Translations under genes and position numbers: made by a program
In this document: piece by piece, positions 34,462 through 37,119 of the stretch
How the letters are laid out: each line of letters starts with the position of its first letter
Numbering within the stretch: the stretch's first letter is position 1
Assembly: GCA_051453625.1 (NCBI GenBank)
Contig: JBOZIK010000001.1
Span: 15,965,427-16,002,545, forward strand
DNA length: 37,119 nt
DNA from: Welwitschia mirabilis
Taxonomy: Eukaryota
Direction of reading: 5' to 3'
Notes under the pieces: generated by a model
What the model was told of the DNA's origin: nothing
The model's input: only the letters and a program-made list of their open reading frames with translations
Databases searched by the model: none

Positions 34462-35851
34462 TATTGCAGTGTAAATTTATACAATCTTAAAGTCCTTAGG
34501 TAAATCTATAAATCATATAACTTGCAGAAAAACACACACTAGTATAGACGGGAGTTCANNNNNNNNNNNNNNNNNNNNNNNNNNNNNNNNNNNNNNNNNN
34601 NNNNNNNNNNNNNNNNNNNNNNNNNNNNNNNNNNNNNNNNNNNNNNNNNNNNNNNNNNNNNNNNNNNNNNNNNNNNNNNNNNNNNNNNNNNNNNNNNNNN
34701 NNNNNNNNNNNNNNNNNNNNNNNNNNNNNNNNNNNNNNNNNNNNNNNNNNNNNNNNNNNNNNNNNNNNNNNNNNNNNNNNNACAAAGACTATCAAGTAGA
34801 ACATGGAATGCAATATGGAATGAAATAGAAATGCAATGCAAACCTACTATTAACCAAGCTCAACCTTAACAAAGGTTGCCCTTATAATCTAAATAAATCA
34901 TAGCTTATCACTAACTAAGACCAACTTAAACCATAAGAAACATTTATAAAATTGAAATGAAAAGATTTTTTATATTAATCAAAAGAATATTACATCCACT
35001 TAAAATAGAATAATAGCTCCTCAATGGAAGAGACATTGCCTAACACCAAGGAAACCCCCTTTTGTAGCCATGGGATGGACCTCCTACCTTCAAACTTCTG
35101 TCACAAGCATATCAAGTACAAAAGATGGTTGGAATTGAAGGAGGAAAGGGGTATTTATAGTTTTATAATGAACCGTAATACTAGATGCCCATTAGGGAAA
35201 TCCTAGTCGCCCACATGACCCATTTGGCACTTGTTACAATGTAATTTATTGCCGCAGTCTAAAATCAACTATCGTCCTGTATGTCATCCACATGACCGAG
35301 GGGATGATGCTATCTTATTACTTTGGATTGTGTGCCCATGCAATACCGTTAGCTCTGTGAATTACTTATGCATGTTACTGAGGCTGTCATCCTATATGTT
35401 GTGTAGACGACATAGGGAATGACACCTTAGACTGTGTGCCCATGTGCTATTGTTACCTGCGAGTGTTGTCCTCACATCCATCATCCTTTCATGTCATCTA
35501 GACGATAAAGGGGATGATGCCTGCTGCTGTCCAAGTATTGTCCAGGTGCTGCTCCTTTGTAGTTGTGTTAATGAACTATCGTCCCCTTTGTCACAGGGAC
35601 TACAGTGGGGACGACACTCTTCCTAAGCTCCTCAAGTAGCGAAAATCTGTCTTCTTCACCTTTAGTCGTCCTTCAATATGGTAAATATCGGAACATGCCT
35701 GAAATGCCTTCAATTAAATCAAGAATTACATGTTTTCATGATCATCTTATCCTCTCTTCATAATCAGCATAATTGCATTTAAACCTGTATAAATGTCCTG
35801 CAAAAGTACTCCAAATACACCATCAAATTCCTAAAAATTGGCATCGCAACA
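34462..35851 (-). repeat. 3' LTR of the inverted Athila-like copy (contains 223-N gap)
   Basis: Minus strand AGGGGGCTA (PPT, 35860-35852) then TGTTGCGATGC...GCAATA; terminal and internal blocks homologous to the LTRs at 10628 and 26578. Confidence 0.85.
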
Positions 35852-37119
35852 TAGCCCCCTACTTAGCCTTGTCAGTCCTTGATAAAGTAGGCAATCAACT
35901 AGATTGCGAGTCAATTTGACTAAGATAATCATCAACTAAAGAAATGTAATTTAAGTTCTATTTATTATGCAGGATTAAATTGTAACAAGTTATTAATATA
36001 ATTACTGCTGCATTTATAAGCCCCCTACTTAAACTCATCACAATAGTCCAAATAAATGTCATACATATAACAAGTTAAAGTGATAGTTCANNNNNNNNNN
36101 NNNNNNNNNNTAATGTATAGACATAATGCTGAAACTGATGTATAAGCTTAAGTAGTAATAATCTCAAAGAATAATGCATGAAAAGCTTATTAATGTTTAT
36201 AAAAGGGTAAAGTATAAGAGTAATCATGGCATTATTTACATGATCAGAAACATAGCTTGAAAAATTAGTGAATGTGTTACCTACTCCTGCTAAATAATTT
36301 TCATAAAATGTATTCAAGTACCATGTCCAAACAATGCATTATAAGTATCTATCATCCAAGATCAAAATAAACCTTAAAAAATGATATATTTTTGCTGTAA
36401 TATTTTAGAAGAAAGCTCGAAGAATTGTTCTGGCCCTCCTCCCCCCCCACAGAAAAAGCAAGATGTCCCGAATTGCACAAAGGAAAAGGATTGACTATTA
36501 TCCTCAATGTCGTGGGGATGACATACAAGATGATAGTTTGTAAATAAGTTATTTGGACTGATTAGAAAAAAATTCTGAAAAAATTTGACAGCAAGCAAGT
36601 ATTGGAGATGCAGCAGAAAAAACAGAAGCAAAAAATATGAAGAATTTATCTTTAAAAAGACAATCATGGAGAAAGAAACTGATGATATTATAATCATGCA
36701 TAAAAATATAGGAAGAAATGCTCATAAGTATTCCTCCAATGTGGTCTAGAGCCCATGAGTGTTTGAACATCTATAAGTAGATGAATGCAAACCAAATAAC
36801 AAAAAAATTAGTAGAAAACAAAAAGATCACACTAAGTAAGGGGAAAGAAATGCATTCATAGATAGTGCGGAAAAGGAAAAAAACCCTTATAAAGAAAACC
36901 TATGAGTAAAAATAAAAATATAACTAGAGAGCTACCAAATGATCAAGTTCTAATTATGATGTAGAAAAAGATATTATAACGAATTTGAAAAATTTCAAAC
37001 AAAATAACTAAGAAAAAACATGATAAGAAATGGACAACTAGGAACATGAAGAAGATTTTCTTACCTACCCAAAATTAATCCTTAGCAAAGTCCCTTGGAA
37101 GAAATCATAAAATCACCTG
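34462..37119 (-). mobile_element. 3' part of a second Athila-like family member (3' non-coding region, PPT, 3' LTR), inverted
   Basis: Reverse complement aligns with ~24966-27841 (e.g. TTTTATGATT.TTCCAAGGGA.TTTGC and CTTCATGTTCCTAGTTGTC); continues beyond the window. Confidence 0.88.

Noticed and set aside
35024..36770. Several 60-107 aa ORFs in the GC-richer right end
   Set aside because: They lie within LTR and 3' non-coding sequence, show no recognisable motif and are not preserved in the homologous copy.

Overview
AT-rich, gapped eukaryotic (plant-type) genomic DNA with no intact gene: a cluster of nested, decayed retrotransposons. In order: (1) 3' half of a chromodomain-bearing Ty3/gypsy element (1-2251, +) whose 3' LTR abuts (2) a near full-length dead L1-type LINE (~2252-7900, -); (3) an old SIRE-like Ty1/copia pol (-) split in two (~9770-10627 and 27842-~28990) by (4) a complete Athila-like element (10628-27841, +, AAAAT target-site duplication) with no visible RT/integrase, which itself hosts (5) a tandem Sirevirus-like element (16136-24642, -) with a shared middle LTR, gag + protease + env-like ORF but no integrase/RT/RNase H; (6) an Ale/Retrofit-type copia (30262-34461, +) cut by (7) a second, inverted, better-preserved copy of the Athila-like family (34462-37119, -). 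All coding remnants carry stops/frameshifts and heavy C>T/G>A decay. Most ORF-track entries are fragments of these relics, spurious, or N-gap artefacts. I see no evidence for a new gene system; the most interesting points are two apparently non-autonomous retroelement architectures and a base-exact nesting history. All domain calls are from manual translation and motif recognition, not database searches.
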